Position numbers and translations under genes: made by a program
The notes under the pieces: generated by a model
The model's database searches: none
What the model was told of the DNA's origin: nothing
What the model saw: the letters and a program-made list of their open reading frames with translations, nothing else
Shown: piece by piece, positions 62,839 through 64,000 of the stretch
Layout: each line of letters opens with the position of its first letter
Numbering within the stretch: position 1 is the stretch's first letter
Origin: Octopus sinensis
Taxonomy: Eukaryota
Direction of reading: 5' to 3'
Length of the DNA: 64,000 nucleotides
NCBI RefSeq assembly: GCF_006345805.1
Contig: NC_043012.1
Coordinates: 56,978,001 to 57,042,000 of the forward strand

Positions 62839-64000
62839 AGAATTTTTGTATGTGACTAGAAAGGATCTCGACACCCTGCCAGTGCTTCGATGATAGATCC
62901 TTTCACGTTACAACTTGTTTTAATTATTGGACATCTGCCATGTTGGGGCACTGTTTTCAGAGGTTTAGTTATCTTTTCGCTTTGACCGGCAGATTTTAAA
63001 AATAATTTCTTTGTAACTAAACACTTTTAAACTTCGTATACCGGTAGAATGTGTTTATAAAACATCTTTTTCTCTTGGCTTTCTTCAGAGAATTATGTAG
63101 TTTGTAAGCTATTTGTTGTTTAATTTCTTGCATTTCGGCAATTTCAACCAATCAATGACGTCTATTGAGGTGAATTTTTTTTTAACCCAGAAATACTGTA
63201 AATGTGTGTGTTTCTTTTGATGAAAGGGTGTTTTAAGAGAGATTTGCTATATTTGTAGTAGCTCAAGTTACCAGACACACACACACGTGTGTGTGTGTGT
63301 GTGTGTGTGTGTGCATGTGTGTTTTGTTGTGGGGAAAAAAATACTTTCCCTCGGAATATTTTGCACGATAATTTTTAAAGAAATCTGGTCATCTTTCTTA
63401 CTGCCAACCATCCCACTTCAGATTACAATTGTTAATTGTTGGAAGTCAAGTAGACTGAGATGCACATATACTGTTACCGTATAGAGTGGAAGTTCAATAC
63501 GAAGTCTTGAACTCATTATCCTGTGGTTAGTAACCCATTACCTTAAAGTTGAAACCATTAAGTCTTTAAACATTATTTTGTTTGGTTTTCTTTCGACTGT
63601 TGCCATGATGATGTATCGCCTTCAAAAATTTAATTGATCATACTGACCTCAATACGTATTTCAATCTGGCATTTATTTTATAGATCTCTGCTTGATGAAC
63701 TTCTAACTTGGAGACATAGTGGGACGAATGACTGTGTAGTTGAGAAGTTTGCTTCCCAACCATATGGTTCCATGTTCAGTCGCTTTGCATAGTAGCTTGG
63801 GCAAGTGTTTTCTACTATAGCCCCTAGATCAACCACAGATATCTGACTGAATTTGGTAAACGGAAACTGCAGGGTTGTTAATCACAAAATGACCGAAAAG
63901 CATGTTCATAAGGTAGAGTTGTTTGCTTCATGTTCCACGTGTGCTAATTCTGCCCGTAAGAAAGAAACAATGTGACTGTAGGTCATTACACCTGGGCAAC

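Larger units (their letters stand above)
60403..62912. mobile_element. TIR-bounded element (TGT...ACA, 45-bp perfect TIR, 4-bp TSD ACTT) enclosing a Gypsy 3' half
   Basis: 60403-60447 is the exact reverse complement of 62868-62912. ACTT at 60399-60402 and 62913-62916. Confidence 0.85.

Overview
Eukaryotic, AT-rich, repeat-saturated genomic DNA with one 100-N scaffold gap (41378-41477). The SINE and microsatellite repertoire suggests an octopus/coleoid cephalopod (inference, not database-checked). I found no host protein-coding gene. Nearly all short ORFs in the track are microsatellite or SINE read-through. Real coding sequence is all transposon-derived: two Gypsy pol 3' halves with 3' LTRs, RTE/RTE-X, CR1, Tx1-like and R4/Dong LINE ends, and a Helitron Pif1 remnant. 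There are also dozens of tRNA-headed SINEs, several MITEs and several hammerhead-ribozyme motifs of the Penelope type. Most interesting: (1) a 2.5-kb unit at 60403-62912 with perfect 45-bp TGT...ACA inverted ends and a 4-bp ACTT duplication. It encloses an open Gypsy RNaseH-integrase frame, whose ATG lies in the left terminal hairpin, plus the PPT and 3' LTR. This is a Ginger-like DNA-transposon shell around a retrotransposon integrase. (2) Divergent pairs of hammerhead ribozymes with long stem II. (3) SINE multimers at separate loci that share one palindromic tail-to-head junction. (4) Two Dong-like elements in one SINE-derived (AAT)n tail. (5) SINE-anchored templated duplications. SINE boundaries are approximate and only representative copies are listed.
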